DNA of 62,578 nt, the filler included, from Nitrospirae bacterium CG2_30_53_67 (lineage in GTDB: Bacteria > CG2-30-53-67): assembly GCA_001873285.1 (NCBI GenBank). It is 7 parts of 7 records of this genome, joined end to end, with 100 filler letters (N's around TTAATTAATTAA, not from the genome) between each part and the next. Parts side by side here need not be neighbours in the genome. Positions count along the whole stretch, not along the records: positions 5,920 to 15,034 come from MNYV01000013.1; positions 15,135 to 20,854 come from MNYV01000066.1; 5 more parts are not named here. The stretch is one strand, 5' to 3'. The notes below the pieces were generated by a model, which was not told the DNA's origin, made no database searches, and saw only the letters and a list, made by a program, of their open reading frames with translations. A program made the position numbers and the translations under genes. Each line of letters begins with the position of its first letter. The first letter of the stretch is position 1. This document shows, in pieces, positions 9,933-19,565 of this stretch.

Positions 9933-9939
9933 TAATCTT

Positions 9940-10175
9940 GCGGCTTTGTAAAAAGTCCATCTGCAGGTTACGCTTTCCGCTCCGAACAGAGTTCAGAGCG
10001 CCGCGTGCCCCGCTTTGCATTATCCATGCCGCCTACGGCGGCTTTAACATTAATGTATCTTGGGGTGCGCTGCGTCCTTCGTCATTGCAGCGTAGCTGTA
10101 AGTACGCCTCATTCCTCAGGACTTGCGCGCGGAGCTATAGGAGCTTTTTACTTTGCCGCCTCATTTGAGGACTTT
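9940..10175. mobile_element. Palindromic non-coding element with nested family B insert (9969-10065), between antitoxin and toxin
   Basis: Imperfectly inverted GCGGCTTTGTAAAAAGTCC ... GAGCTTTTTACTTTGCCGC; inner TACGCT...GTATCTTGGGG. Confidence 0.7.
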
Positions 10176-10421
10176 TTATGATAGGTAGTCATCCAGTGAA
10201 ATAACTCTGCCGGCCTTTATATCCGCTTCCGCTTTTGCTATCTTCTTTCGTATGGCCGGGCTGTTCTCAATGATAAAGTCTTCAAGATCGTCTTCAGTAA
10301 GCCGGGTAAGAGATGCCGCCGGTTTTCCTCTATAGGTGATGATCACAGGTTTTCCCTTCACCACCTCGCGCAACAGTTCATTCGTTTTGTTCTTTAATTC
10401 AACCGTATTGGCCACTCTCAT
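10176..10421 (-). CDS. Phd/YefM-family antitoxin
   Basis: ELKNKTNELLREV..GKPVIITYRGKPAASL; AGGAGG RBS. Confidence 0.9.
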   Translation of the reverse strand: MRVANTVELKNKTNELLREVVKGKPVIITYRGKPAASLTRLTEDDLEDFIIENSPAIRKKIAKAEADIKAGRVISLDDYLS

Positions 10422-10434
10422 AAAAGACGCCTCC

Positions 10435-10473
10435 TAATAGCGCTATTATAATAGCCATGTTGCAGCATGTCAA
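10435..10473 (-). promoter_or_regulatory. TA operon promoter with overlapping operator palindromes
   Basis: Minus strand TTGACA-17-TATAAT; perfect palindromes TAATAGCGCTATTA (10435-10448) and GCTATTATAATAGC (10442-10455). Confidence 0.75.
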
Positions 10474-10500
10474 GAAGATAAAAAAGTTGAGTTATTTTTT

Positions 10501-10962
10501 TTACCTATGCCGTCTTGATTTCATTGCCTTTTCGATCTCCCGAACCTCTTCCCGCTTCTTGATATCCTCTCTCTTGTCGTACTCGCGCTTCCCCTTGGCC
10601 AGAGCGAGTTCCACCTTGGCCAGACCCCTGGAGAAATAGACGGTCACGGGAATCAGGGAGAACCCTTTCTCCCGGATCTTGCCGATCATCCGGCGGATCT
10701 CCCTTTTATGCATGAGAAGTTTGCGGGTCCGGATGGGATCGTGGTTTGAGATGTTCCCGTGTGTGTAGGGGCTGATATGCATCTGATAGAGGTAGAGCTC
10801 TTCCCCCTTTAAACCCGCATAACTGTCTTTGAGATTGGCCTGCCCGTTGCGCAGGGATTTGACTTCGGTCCCGGTCAGGATCATGCCCGCCTCGTATTTT
10901 TCCACCAGGAAGTAATCCCTGTGGGCCTTGCGGTTGGTGCAGACGATCTTTTTTCCTTCCAT
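10501..10962 (-). CDS. smpB: SsrA-binding protein SmpB
   Basis: [44 protein letters not shown]. Confidence 0.98.
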   Translation of the reverse strand: MEGKKIVCTNRKAHRDYFLVEKYEAGMILTGTEVKSLRNGQANLKDSYAGLKGEELYLYQMHISPYTHGNISNHDPIRTRKLLMHKREIRRMIGKIREKGFSLIPVTVYFSRGLAKVELALAKGKREYDKREDIKKREEVREIEKAMKSRRHR

Positions 10963-11084
10963 GACATCTCCCGGTCTCTTTTTGTATTGATCTACAGTAA
11001 CATAAACACAAAACTCCGGGCAATATGTTTGATAAAAAGGGACGGAGGGGCTTTTTTTGAATATGTATTAGGGTCCGTCCCTTT

Positions 11085-11245
11085 CGGTCTGCGATAAAAA
11101 TATGGGTAGACCTCAGGATTGATATGTTGTCATTGTCCGGCTTGACCGGACAATCCAGTCTTTTATTGTCTGGATTCCCCGATCAAGTCGGGGAATGACG
11201 CTCTTAATAAAAAATATTTATCCATAAATTTACCGCACACCCGGA
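11085..11245. repeat. Family C REP-like element
   Basis: GTCATTGTCCGGCTTGACCGGACAATCCA and inverted TGGATTCCCCGATCAAGTCGGGGAATGAC; outer flank shared with the copies at 2176 and 9272. Confidence 0.8.
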
Positions 11246-11317
11246 CCCTTTTTGAAAGCTTGATTTTCCTGATGGGATGATATAGGATTTTTAAAACCTT
11301 ATTAAGGAGGAGAGACC

Positions 11318-11797
11318 TTGGCGGATCTCAGCCATTTTGATGAAGAGGGGCGTTCCCGCATGGTGGATGTCTCGGACAAGAAAGAGACCCTTCGGGAGGC
11401 CGTGGCGCACGGCGCGATCTCCATGCAGCCCCGGACCTTCGAGCTGATTCAGGACAGGAAGATCAGTAAAGGGGACGTCCTGGGCGTGGCCCGTGTGGCC
11501 GGGATTATGGCGGCAAAACGCACGGCCGAGCTGATCCCCATGTGCCACCCGCTCAGTATTACGGGAATTGAGATCCTCTTCTACCCGGATCCCGAGAAGA
11601 GCAGGATTGAGATCGAGGCCCGGGTCAGAATCACAGGCAAAACCGGGGTCGAGATGGAGGCGCTGACCGCGGTCTCGGCCGCGGCCCTCACTATCTACGA
11701 CATGGCCAAGGCCGTGGACCGGGGGATGGTGATTTCGGATATCCGGCTTATGAAAAAGAGCGGCGGGAAAAGCGGTGTCTTTGAGCGCAAGGCGTAA
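11318..11797 (+). CDS. moaC: Cyclic pyranopterin monophosphate synthase MoaC
   Basis: [47 protein letters not shown]. Confidence 0.98.
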   Translation: MADLSHFDEEGRSRMVDVSDKKETLREAVAHGAISMQPRTFELIQDRKISKGDVLGVARVAGIMAAKRTAELIPMCHPLSITGIEILFYPDPEKSRIEIEARVRITGKTGVEMEALTAVSAAALTIYDMAKAVDRGMVISDIRLMKKSGGKSGVFERKA

Positions 11798-11875
11798 AAA
11801 TTGGCCGATAAGTTGGCCGATAAGGTTGAAAAATTCTGAAAAAGGTGTATAGTTATACTACATCATCCAAAGAAG

Positions 11876-12226
11876 GGGGGCGATTGGTCTCGACGGGGGT
11901 GAGAAAGCCCCGGCTGCATGCCGAGGTCCCGGTGGCTCGTTAAACAATCGGGAAAACACAACTGCCAACAACGAACTGGCACTGGCTGCTTAATTAAGCA
12001 ACCCGTCCTCTTTCTCCTGCCTGTGGGGGGGAGTCAGGGCGCAATATTCACAGGATAGCCAAGCGGGGAGGGCTCCGGCCCCAAAGGCGAAACATCAGGA
12101 GATAGCGACGAGGCTAAGCCCGCCCTTGGGGCGTGCCTCCGGGCGAATCCCAAATCCAAGGGTAAGCATGTAGAGGTCGTGGCGGACCATTTCCGGACGC
12201 GGGTTCGATTCCCGCCGCCTCCACCA
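11876..12226 (+). ncRNA. ssrA: tmRNA
   Basis: 5' GGGGGCG pairs with 3' CGCCTCC-A-CCA; T-arm GGGTTCGATTCCC; tag frame 11964-11993 encodes ANNELALAA*; smpB nearby. Confidence 0.95.
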
Positions 12227-12260
12227 ATTATTACTTGTTGCATTGCAACAAGTAATAATT
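12226..12260. terminator. Perfect hairpin between convergent ssrA and cheX-like genes
   Basis: AATTATTACTTGTTGC-ATT-GCAACAAGTAATAATT. Confidence 0.7.
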
Positions 12261-12261
12261 G

Positions 12262-13128
12262 CTACGCTGGTTTCAGGAAAATGCCGAGTTCAACCTGCTC
12301 GTCAGCCACATAGAGCGGAAACAAAAGTCCCATTCCTCCCTCGGGGATATGAACGCCTTTCCCTCTCACGTCAAGGACCTCAGGGGGGACAATGCCGATC
12401 GTTTTTCCCAACTGGACCGCCTTGGCCGCGATATTGCCGCAGACAATGTTCATGAACTCCATGACGGTGTCATCCAGCACTTCATCGGTTTCATTCGTCA
12501 CGTCATCTTCCTTCAGAATCGCCTTTGCAATCAGTTTCCTGACGCCTGATGAGACGGAAAGCAGGTACTGTGCCTTCACTTGCCCTGTCAAGTTCATGGA
12601 AACGATGGTATCATTGGGCTCCATCTTTTGAATGACCACACACTGCCCGGGCTTGAAGGTAAGATTCACAATGCGGGTAAACATCTTATAGGTCAGGTCT
12701 GCCGCCGCTTCCCATACCTTGGGATCCGGCACACCGTCAGGGATGGCCACTTTCTCGATCATGTAGGGCGCCTGATCAATTTTAAAAGCATCAAGATAAC
12801 CCGGCAGATCATCCGCTTGAATGGCGCCCACTTTAACCAGCGCTTCTCCAATGTACAAGTGGGTGCTTTTCTGTTTTGCAAGGACCTCTTTGAGCTGATC
12901 CTCGGTCAGGATACCTAACTTGATGGACATGTCGCCGAATCGCAGATCTTCGGACCGCTGCGCTTCATGGATGCGTTCAATGTCCGCATCGGTTAAGAGG
13001 CCCATAGAGCGAGCCATTTCGCCGAACTTGATGTTGACGAAATCCTGCAGTTCCACGGCTTTCAGCAGGTCTTCCCTTGAAACCACTCCCTTCTCCACCA
13101 TAAACTGGCCGAAAAATTTAACCGCCAT
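12262..13128 (-). CDS. CheX-domain phosphatase with N-terminal MshEN-like repeats
   Basis: C-terminal DTVMEFMNIVCGN...IVPP CheX motif; four N-terminal (F/I)G..(L/M)...G...L...L..Q-type repeats. Confidence 0.78.
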   Translation of the reverse strand: MAVKFFGQFMVEKGVVSREDLLKAVELQDFVNIKFGEMARSMGLLTDADIERIHEAQRSEDLRFGDMSIKLGILTEDQLKEVLAKQKSTHLYIGEALVKVGAIQADDLPGYLDAFKIDQAPYMIEKVAIPDGVPDPKVWEAAADLTYKMFTRIVNLTFKPGQCVVIQKMEPNDTIVSMNLTGQVKAQYLLSVSSGVRKLIAKAILKEDDVTNETDEVLDDTVMEFMNIVCGNIAAKAVQLGKTIGIVPPEVLDVRGKGVHIPEGGMGLLFPLYVADEQVELGIFLKPA

Positions 13129-13221
13129 GACGGATCTCCCTCATTTGAAAATAGTTTAAATAGGACAACTCTCGTACGGGCACATTTACCCCGGAAACCG
13201 TCTCGTCATCCCTGTAATTAT

Positions 13222-13532
13222 GGTTCTTCTCCCATTTAGTGGGTAAAAAGGGTTCGAGGATTCAAGGGTTCAAGGGGTCAAGTGAAATACTGATACCGGT
13301 AAACCGAGTACAAGAACGCAAGCAAAATCTCCAGAGAAAAACACTGGAACCCTTGATCCCAAGATGCCTTAGTGTAGTAGCCGTCGCAGACGGCAAGTAT
13401 AGAGAAAAGCGGGACACGAGAAGCGTAACCCTATGACCCTCGGCCCCTTATGTTTTTAGCACTTCACTTGACCCCTGGAATCCTTGACCCCTTGACCCCT
13501 GATGTTTTCACCTACTCTTTTGGAGATGATTC
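13222..13532. mobile_element. Complete family A element with an 8-bp flanking direct repeat and nested family B insert (13357-13427)
   Basis: GTAATTAT at 13214-13221 and 13533-13540; ends GGTTCTTCTCCCATTTAGTGGGTAAAAA and TTTTCACCTACTCTTTTGGAGATGATTC. Confidence 0.88.
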
Positions 13533-13539
13533 GTAATTA

Positions 13540-13905
13540 TTACACCTCACGGAGAATTCGCAGCACATCATCAGCTTCAAAGGGCTTGCATATAACGTTT
13601 CGGGCGCCGAGTTTCATGGCCTCGGTAAATTTGTCACTAACCCCGCCAAGCGAGGTCACCATGACGATTTTCGCATTCTGGTCAAAGGCGATCAGACTTC
13701 GTAATGCAGTCAACCCATCCATCGTGGGCATATTCATATCCATGCAAACAATGTCCGGATGTCCGGCCTGATACTTCATGATGGCCTCTGCGCCGTTCTT
13801 TGCCCGGTCCATCACCTCAAATTCACCCGTACTAACAATAATTTTTTCAAGCCGGCGGCTCACGGAGATGCTGTCATCCACGATCAGAATTTTCTTCATA
13901 TCCAA
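13540..13905 (-). CDS. CheY-like single-domain response regulator
   Basis: ILIVDD, DIVCMDMNMPTMDG, VMVTS, KPF. Confidence 0.92.
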   Translation of the reverse strand: MDMKKILIVDDSISVSRRLEKIIVSTGEFEVMDRAKNGAEAIMKYQAGHPDIVCMDMNMPTMDGLTALRSLIAFDQNAKIVMVTSLGGVSDKFTEAMKLGARNVICKPFEADDVLRILREV

Positions 13906-13999
13906 TCACCCTCCTGACTTGTCTTGCCGAACAACCATGCATGAAGTTGAATTTATGAATTGGTACCTTTATCGGCATAACGGGCAGTTTTCTTTAGAC

Positions 14000-14719
14000 T
14001 TATTCATATTCCGGCTCCACGATCCCCCGTTTTAACATAATATGATAGATGTGAGCGGCCCGGCGTGCCACAAATCTTGAATGGCCGATCGGATTGTATT
14101 TCCTCGGGTTCGGCAGCACGGCGGCCAGTCTCGCAGCCTCTTCAGGTCCGAGCGCTGAGGCGGGCTTGCCGTAATACCTTCTGGATGCGGCTTCAATGCC
14201 GAAGATCCCCCGGTCGCCCCATTCGGCCACATTGAGATAGATCTCGAGCATCCTCTTCTTCTTCAGGGTTTTCTCCATGCGCCATGTAATGATCGCCTCA
14301 CGGATCTTTCTGACCGGGTTCTTGGAAGGCGAGAGATAGAGGTTCTTTGCAAGCTGCTGGCTGATCGTGCTCCCGCCCAGTTTAAATTTTTTTGCCTGGA
14401 TATCCTTTTCCACGGCCTCCTGCAGGGCCTCGTAATCAAAGCCCTCGTGGCTCCAGAATTTGTCGTCTTCGGCGATGAGCACGGCCTTGATGAGATAAGG
14501 CGATATGGCCCTGTAGGGGACCCATATCCGGCTGATCGTATCATGCTTACCCATGATCTTCCATTCCTTCTCGCGGTATTTCATGAAAGCCGTCTTCCCG
14601 GGATTTTCTTTGGCAAGGCTGGACACATCCGGGTAGACGAACTGGAAGGCAGTGAGTCCGAAAAGCGCAAGAACCAAAAAGAGAATGAACCGTTTTATAA
14701 AGGATTTTTTCTTCGCCAC
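14000..14719 (-). CDS. mtgA: Monofunctional peptidoglycan transglycosylase
   Basis: AEDDKFWSHEGFD, GGSTISQQLAKNL, RKIREA, LEIYLNVAEWG. Confidence 0.93.
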   Translation of the reverse strand: MAKKKSFIKRFILFLVLALFGLTAFQFVYPDVSSLAKENPGKTAFMKYREKEWKIMGKHDTISRIWVPYRAISPYLIKAVLIAEDDKFWSHEGFDYEALQEAVEKDIQAKKFKLGGSTISQQLAKNLYLSPSKNPVRKIREAIITWRMEKTLKKKRMLEIYLNVAEWGDRGIFGIEAASRRYYGKPASALGPEEAARLAAVLPNPRKYNPIGHSRFVARRAAHIYHIMLKRGIVEPEYE

Positions 14720-14926
14720 CCAGAGAAAATATCACGCCGGATGATCCCCCTGCAAGGAAAAAGGGCAAGGAGATCGGGGTCAGAAAAGGGGACATCCTGA
14801 TCGGCCGGGTGCGCGTGCCCCACGGAATCAAGGCCAAGACCGAGATGAAGGTCCTGGTCACCATCACCCCGCCGTTATGAAAAGCCGTCGAATCTTAAGA
14901 CCTTGGGGAAGCTCGTTTCCATCGTA

Positions 14927-15034
14927 TCATCCGGGCGGGGGCGGGGCATCCATCAGAAGAAAGGCGGGCCTGGCCTTGAAGGGGTTGTAAAGCGGATCGC
15001 CGATCAGGACCATCCGCCATGAAAGGTAGGGATT
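14927..15034 (-). CDS. C-terminal fragment of a probable TIGR03790-family protein, cut by contig break
   Basis: Manual translation NPYLSWRMVLIGDPLYNPFKARPAFLLMDAPPPPG*; SW..V.IGDPLY.PF recalled as that family's terminal motif. Confidence 0.5.
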   Translation of the reverse strand, partial: NPYLSWRMVLIGDPLYNPFKARPAFLLMDAPPPPG

Positions 15035-15134
15035 NNNNNNNNNNNNNNNNNNNNNNNNNNNNNNNNNNNNNNNNNNNNTTAATTAATTAANNNNNNNNNN
15101 NNNNNNNNNNNNNNNNNNNNNNNNNNNNNNNNNN
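15035..15134. other. Artificial contig linker
   Basis: N44-TTAATTAATTAA-N44. Confidence 0.97.
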
Positions 15135-15384
15135 AAGAGTGGGTGAAAACATCAGGGGTCAAGGGGTCAAGGATTCCAGGGGTCAAGTGAAGTGCTTTTT
15201 AAAAACTCAAGGGTCCGAGGGGTTAAGGGGCTTAGGGTCCAAGTGAAAAGCATAGAAAAAACTGAAAGGTAACAGAAATCAAAAAAACCACTTGAATCCT
15301 TGAACCCTGGAACCCTTGAACCCTGGATCTCTATAGGTTCTTGAATCCTCGAACCCTTCTTATCCAATAGATGGGAGAAGAAGC
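15135..15384. mobile_element. Family A element at contig start
   Basis: 15135-15348 reads identical to 26438-26651. Confidence 0.85.
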
Positions 15385-15432
15385 AAAAAAGGTTTCTCAA
15401 ATGATGATCCTTTTATAAGGAGATGGATCCTT

Positions 15433-16356
15433 ATGTCCAAAAAAATTCGTAACAACCCGCTCAACCTCCATTTAAACCGGAGAAACTTCATCAAAGGCAC
15501 GGCCATGGGCATTGCCGCATCCGCTCTGCCGCTGAAAAACGCGGACGCCTCGTTCTTGGACGTCTTTTTCCAGAAGCATTTCAGGGAAATGAGCAAGCAG
15601 GAGATCCAGGAGGTCCTTGACCGTTTCGAGAAAACTTATTCCGAAGAGTATGGAAAAAAGGTTTCAGTCAAGGCGACACCTCCCCTTCCGGATGTCCTCT
15701 TCGGGTATGGATTGGACCTTTCGCGCTGCATCGGCTGCCGCCGCTGCGTCTATGCCTGCGTCGGGGAGAACAATCAGTCACGGGACCCGCAGATCCACTG
15801 GATTACGGTCCTTCGCTTCAAGAACGGGGAAAAATGGGTGGATCTCGAAAACTCGGAGTCCTATTACAATCCTGCCCAGGTGCCTGAGCCGGACCATTTC
15901 TATATGCCGGTGCAATGCCAACAGTGTGAGAATCCGCCCTGCGTCCGGGCCTGTCCCACGCAGGCCACATGGAAGGAACCGGACGGGATCGTGGTGGTGG
16001 ACTATAACTGGTGTATCGGATGCCGCTACTGCATGGCTGCCTGCCCTTACGGGGCGCGGCACTTCAACTGGGCCGAGCCGAATATCCCGCCGGACGAACT
16101 GAATCCTGAGACCCATTATCTCGGCAACCGCCCCAGATACAAGGGTGTGGTTGAAAAGTGCACCTTCTGCATCCAGAGAACCCGTGCCGGGAAGTATCCT
16201 GCCTGTGTGGAGGTCTGTCCCGTGGGGGCAAGAAAATTCGGGAATCTGCTGGATCCGAAAAGTGAGATCCGTTACTGCATCGAAAACAAGCGCGTCTTCC
16301 GCCTGAAAGAAGATTTGAATACCTATCCAAAATTTTATTACTTCTTTGCAACCTAA
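15433..16356 (+). CDS. Tat-exported 4Fe-4S protein (NrfC/DsrO/HmeA family)
   Basis: RRNFIKG twin-arginine motif; CIGCRRC, CQQCENPPC, CIGCRYC, KCTFC...PACVEVCP. Confidence 0.9.
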   Translation: MSKKIRNNPLNLHLNRRNFIKGTAMGIAASALPLKNADASFLDVFFQKHFREMSKQEIQEVLDRFEKTYSEEYGKKVSVKATPPLPDVLFGYGLDLSRCIGCRRCVYACVGENNQSRDPQIHWITVLRFKNGEKWVDLENSESYYNPAQVPEPDHFYMPVQCQQCENPPCVRACPTQATWKEPDGIVVVDYNWCIGCRYCMAACPYGARHFNWAEPNIPPDELNPETHYLGNRPRYKGVVEKCTFCIQRTRAGKYPACVEVCPVGARKFGNLLDPKSEIRYCIENKRVFRLKEDLNTYPKFYYFFAT

Positions 16357-16383
16357 ACATTTTTTGGACGAGAGGAAACAGCG

Positions 16384-17610
16384 ATGGCTGAAATCATCCG
16401 AAACTTTTTCAAGGCATTGAAACAGATCACCATCGGGGACCGAAAATATTACATGTGGCTCGCGTTCCTCGGCTTCTTCATCTTCATAGGCCTGGCGGCC
16501 TACTTCCAGCAGATCAATCGGGGACTGATCGTCACGGCCATGAGGGATCAGGTCTCCTGGGGGCTCTACATCTCCAACTTCACCTTCCTCGTGGGTGTGG
16601 CCGCTGCAGCGGTGGTCCTGGTCGTCCCGGCTTACATCTACAACTTCAAACCCATCAAGGAGATCGCCATTCTCGGGGAGATGCTCGCCACCACGGCGGT
16701 CATCCTCTGCATTCTCTTTGTCATGGTGGACCTGGGGCAGCCCACACGGATCTGGCACATCCTCCCTTTTATCGGCGCCATGAACTTTCCGAGTTCTCTC
16801 CTGGCGTGGGACGTGGTGGTCCTCTCCGGCTATCTCATCATCAATTTGACCATCTTTCTTTACGCGCTCTATAAGCTTTCTCTGGGCAAGGAGTACAGCC
16901 TTCAACTCATTGCGCCCCTCATCATCCTTTCCATCCCCTGGGCCGTGGGAATCCACACGGTCACGGCCTTTCTCTATAACGGCCTATCGGCCCGGCCCTA
17001 CTGGAACGCTTCGATCCTGGCGCCGAGATTCCTGGCCTCGGCCTTCTGCTCGGGTCCCGCGATCATGCTGATTCTCTTCCAGATCATCCGCAAGGTCTCG
17101 CGTATTGATATCGAAGACAAGGCCATCTTCAAGATTGCGGAACTCATCGCCTATGCCATGTGTCTCAACCTCTTCCTCTTCGGGGCGGAGGTCTTCAAAG
17201 AGTTCTATTCCGGAAGCATCCATCTGGCTCCCATGAAGTACCTCTTCTTCGGGCTTCACGGCCATACCAGCATGGTCCCCTGGATGTGGTGGTCCGTAAT
17301 CCTGAACATCACCGCTCTTGTCCTCTTTCTGACCCCCAGTACCCGTGAGAATTTCCTCACCCTCAATACCGCGTGTATCTGCATGTTGATGGGGATCTAC
17401 ATCGAGAAAGGGATGGGCGTCGTGGTCCCGGGCTTTGTGCCTACAACCCTCGGAGAGATCTATGAATACTCACCGACCAATTATGAAATCCTGATTACCA
17501 TGGGGATCTGGGCCCTCGGCGCCTTGATTTACACCCTGATGCTGAAATTCGCCATCCCTGTTTACACCGGCGAACTTCGCTTCGAGTCCAAAAAAAACAA
17601 AACTGCTTAG
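16384..17610 (+). CDS. NrfD/DsrP/PsrC-family integral membrane quinone-interacting subunit
   Basis: WGLYISNFTFLVGVAAAAV, VDLGQP, GIHTVTAF, APRFLASAF; about 10 TM helices. Confidence 0.9.
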   Translation: MAEIIRNFFKALKQITIGDRKYYMWLAFLGFFIFIGLAAYFQQINRGLIVTAMRDQVSWGLYISNFTFLVGVAAAAVVLVVPAYIYNFKPIKEIAILGEMLATTAVILCILFVMVDLGQPTRIWHILPFIGAMNFPSSLLAWDVVVLSGYLIINLTIFLYALYKLSLGKEYSLQLIAPLIILSIPWAVGIHTVTAFLYNGLSARPYWNASILAPRFLASAFCSGPAIMLILFQIIRKVSRIDIEDKAIFKIAELIAYAMCLNLFLFGAEVFKEFYSGSIHLAPMKYLFFGLHGHTSMVPWMWWSVILNITALVLFLTPSTRENFLTLNTACICMLMGIYIEKGMGVVVPGFVPTTLGEIYEYSPTNYEILITMGIWALGALIYTLMLKFAIPVYTGELRFESKKNKTA

Positions 17611-17663
17611 ATATCAGTTCGTTTCATGAGAAAAATATTTTTTATTGAATTATTATTTTTCTA

Positions 17664-17692
17664 TTGACAATGATTTTCAATTTCAGTATTAT
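17664..17692 (+). promoter_or_regulatory. fur promoter overlapped by a Fur box
   Basis: TTGACA-17-TATTAT; GACAATGATTTTCAATTTC (17666-17684) matches 14/19 of GATAATGATAATCATTATC. Confidence 0.72.
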
Positions 17693-17730
17693 CTGTATAA
17701 ACAGACTGTTTCAATTTTGGAGAAATCCCC

Positions 17731-18162
17731 TTGTTGAAGAAGATGCTCGAGCAATTCCAGAATTATCTCTCATCCAAAGGCCTGCGCATGACCGGTCAAC
17801 GGGAGCTGATCGCCCGCACCTTTTTTGAAAACCAGGGGCATATGGGCGCCGAAGAACTCCATCATCGTGTTCAGAAGATCTCCACCCAAGTCGGCTATGC
17901 CACGGTCTACCGCACTTTAAAACTTCTCTCGGACGCCGGTCTCGCCGCCGGCAGGAGCTTCGGCGGCGGTTTTACCCGTTATGAACCGGACAACCAGATT
18001 GAGCACCACGACCATCTGATCTGCACCCGATGCGGCAGGATCATCGAATTTGAAAACGACCGCATCGAATCGCTTCAGAAATCCGTTGCCGGTCAATACC
18101 GGTTCAAAGTCACACATCACGTCATGGAGCTTTACGGCGTTTGCAGCAAGTGCCGTTCTTAG
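17731..18162 (+). CDS. fur: Fur-family transcriptional regulator
   Basis: GLRMTGQRE, ATVYRTLKLL, HHDHLICTRCG, HVMELYGVCSKC. Confidence 0.93.
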   Translation: MLKKMLEQFQNYLSSKGLRMTGQRELIARTFFENQGHMGAEELHHRVQKISTQVGYATVYRTLKLLSDAGLAAGRSFGGGFTRYEPDNQIEHHDHLICTRCGRIIEFENDRIESLQKSVAGQYRFKVTHHVMELYGVCSKCRS

Positions 18163-18180
18163 TTTTTTTATTCTATTTTT

Positions 18181-18206
18181 GATAATGATTTTCATTATCT
18201 TATAAT
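18181..18206 (+). promoter_or_regulatory. Fur box and -10 element upstream of the porin operon
   Basis: GATAATGATTTTCATTATC (18181-18199) matches 17/19 of consensus; TATAAT at 18201-18206. Confidence 0.85.
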
Positions 18207-18221
18207 CATGGAGGTCTCGAT

Positions 18222-19481
18222 ATGTCTTTCATAAATAAATCAGGAGAGGTCAGAGTGTCCGCATATCCCGCATCCAAGGTGATGCCGTCCGTACCCAGCT
18301 TATCCGTTTCGGGATCTGTGCCGGCATCTATAATGAGAATCACCAAGAATATGATCTTCATCTTTTTACTCATTCTGATCTCTGCCGTCCCTGCTTTTGC
18401 GGACAGGCTTTCCGACATGGAAGAGAAAATCGAACACCTCACAAATGAACTGGAGGAGTTAAAGATGGAACGCACCGAGGATGAATCCAAGATCCACTTC
18501 CACGGTTATGGCGAGCTGCACTACAACGCCATTGAAAGTGACGAGAATGAGATGGACATGCATCGAATGGTGATCGGCCTGACCTACAGCTTCACGGATC
18601 GGATTATCCTCGACGCAGAGGTGGATTTTGAGCATGCCGCTCAGGAAATGGAACTTGAATTTGCACACCTTGACTTCCTGATCAACGACGCATTCAACAT
18701 CCGTGCCGGCGCCATCCTGATGCCGGTAGGGTACCTGAACGAGTATCACGAACCGCCGCTTTTCTACAGCGTGGAGCGGCCTTATGTCCAGAAGTACCTC
18801 ATTCCCACTTCATGGCAGGAGGGAGGCGCCGGAATCTTCGGTGAGATCATGCCGGGACTCCGTTACCGAGCCTACATCGTAGGCGGTTTGGATGCATCCG
18901 GCTTTACTGCAAAAGACGGCATCCGAAAGGGAAGGCAGAAGGTGTCAGAGGCCAAGGCCGAGGACCTCGCTTTTGTGGGGAGACTGGAGTATGTGGGCCT
19001 GCCCGGCCTCCATCTGGGGGCTTCCTTTTATACCGGCGGGGCTGCGCAGGACGATCCCTCCCTGGGAGACGCAGACGTCACCCTGGCCGAAGTGGACGGC
19101 AAATACCGCATCGGCAATCTGGAACTGATCGGGCTCTATACCCGGACCGATATCGGCGATACGGACAAGATTTTTGCCGCAACCGGCCAGGCCGTGGGCG
19201 AAGAACAGACAGGCTGGTATACTGAGGCCGCCTACCACATTCCGTTTTCATCGTCCAAGAAGGAGTTGGTCGTCTTTGCCCGGCGTGAAGAATTCGATAC
19301 GCAAAAGGAGCTGAGTTCCGGCCTCACCAAGGATCCCGCCAATGACCGGGAGGTTACGACCACGGGGCTGGCCTACTATCCCATACCCGAAGTGGCGATC
19401 AAAGCTGATTATGAGATGTGGAAAGACGGGACAGAAAATGACTTCAATGTGTTTAACCTCGGCGCAACGTATATGTTCTAA
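18222..19481 (+). CDS. Outer-membrane beta-barrel porin (OprO/P-like); start may be 18333
   Basis: Signal peptide ending AFA, short coiled coil, HGYGELHYN, EVDFEH, amphipathic strands, C-terminal YMF. Confidence 0.82.
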   Translation: MSFINKSGEVRVSAYPASKVMPSVPSLSVSGSVPASIMRITKNMIFIFLLILISAVPAFADRLSDMEEKIEHLTNELEELKMERTEDESKIHFHGYGELHYNAIESDENEMDMHRMVIGLTYSFTDRIILDAEVDFEHAAQEMELEFAHLDFLINDAFNIRAGAILMPVGYLNEYHEPPLFYSVERPYVQKYLIPTSWQEGGAGIFGEIMPGLRYRAYIVGGLDASGFTAKDGIRKGRQKVSEAKAEDLAFVGRLEYVGLPGLHLGASFYTGGAAQDDPSLGDADVTLAEVDGKYRIGNLELIGLYTRTDIGDTDKIFAATGQAVGEEQTGWYTEAAYHIPFSSSKKELVVFARREEFDTQKELSSGLTKDPANDREVTTTGLAYYPIPEVAIKADYEMWKDGTENDFNVFNLGATYMF

Positions 19482-19565
19482 ACCATTATGATGGCAGACC
19501 TCTGCTACAGGGAGAGGCAGGCGCTTTGCTGCCGATCTCTGCGGCAGAAAAAATGAGGAAACCGA

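Noticed and set aside
12200..12262. Island integrated at the 3' end of ssrA
   Set aside because: No integrase nearby and no duplicated tmRNA 3' end seen in the contig.
13239..13436. ORF MGKKGSRIQGFKGSSEIL... with a near-twin at 59730-59930, plus 15167-15400, 2133-2330, 9408-9611, 58032-58214 and 26704-26904
   Set aside because: Chance translations of the non-coding repeats; similarity reflects repeat DNA and the frames are not conserved among copies.
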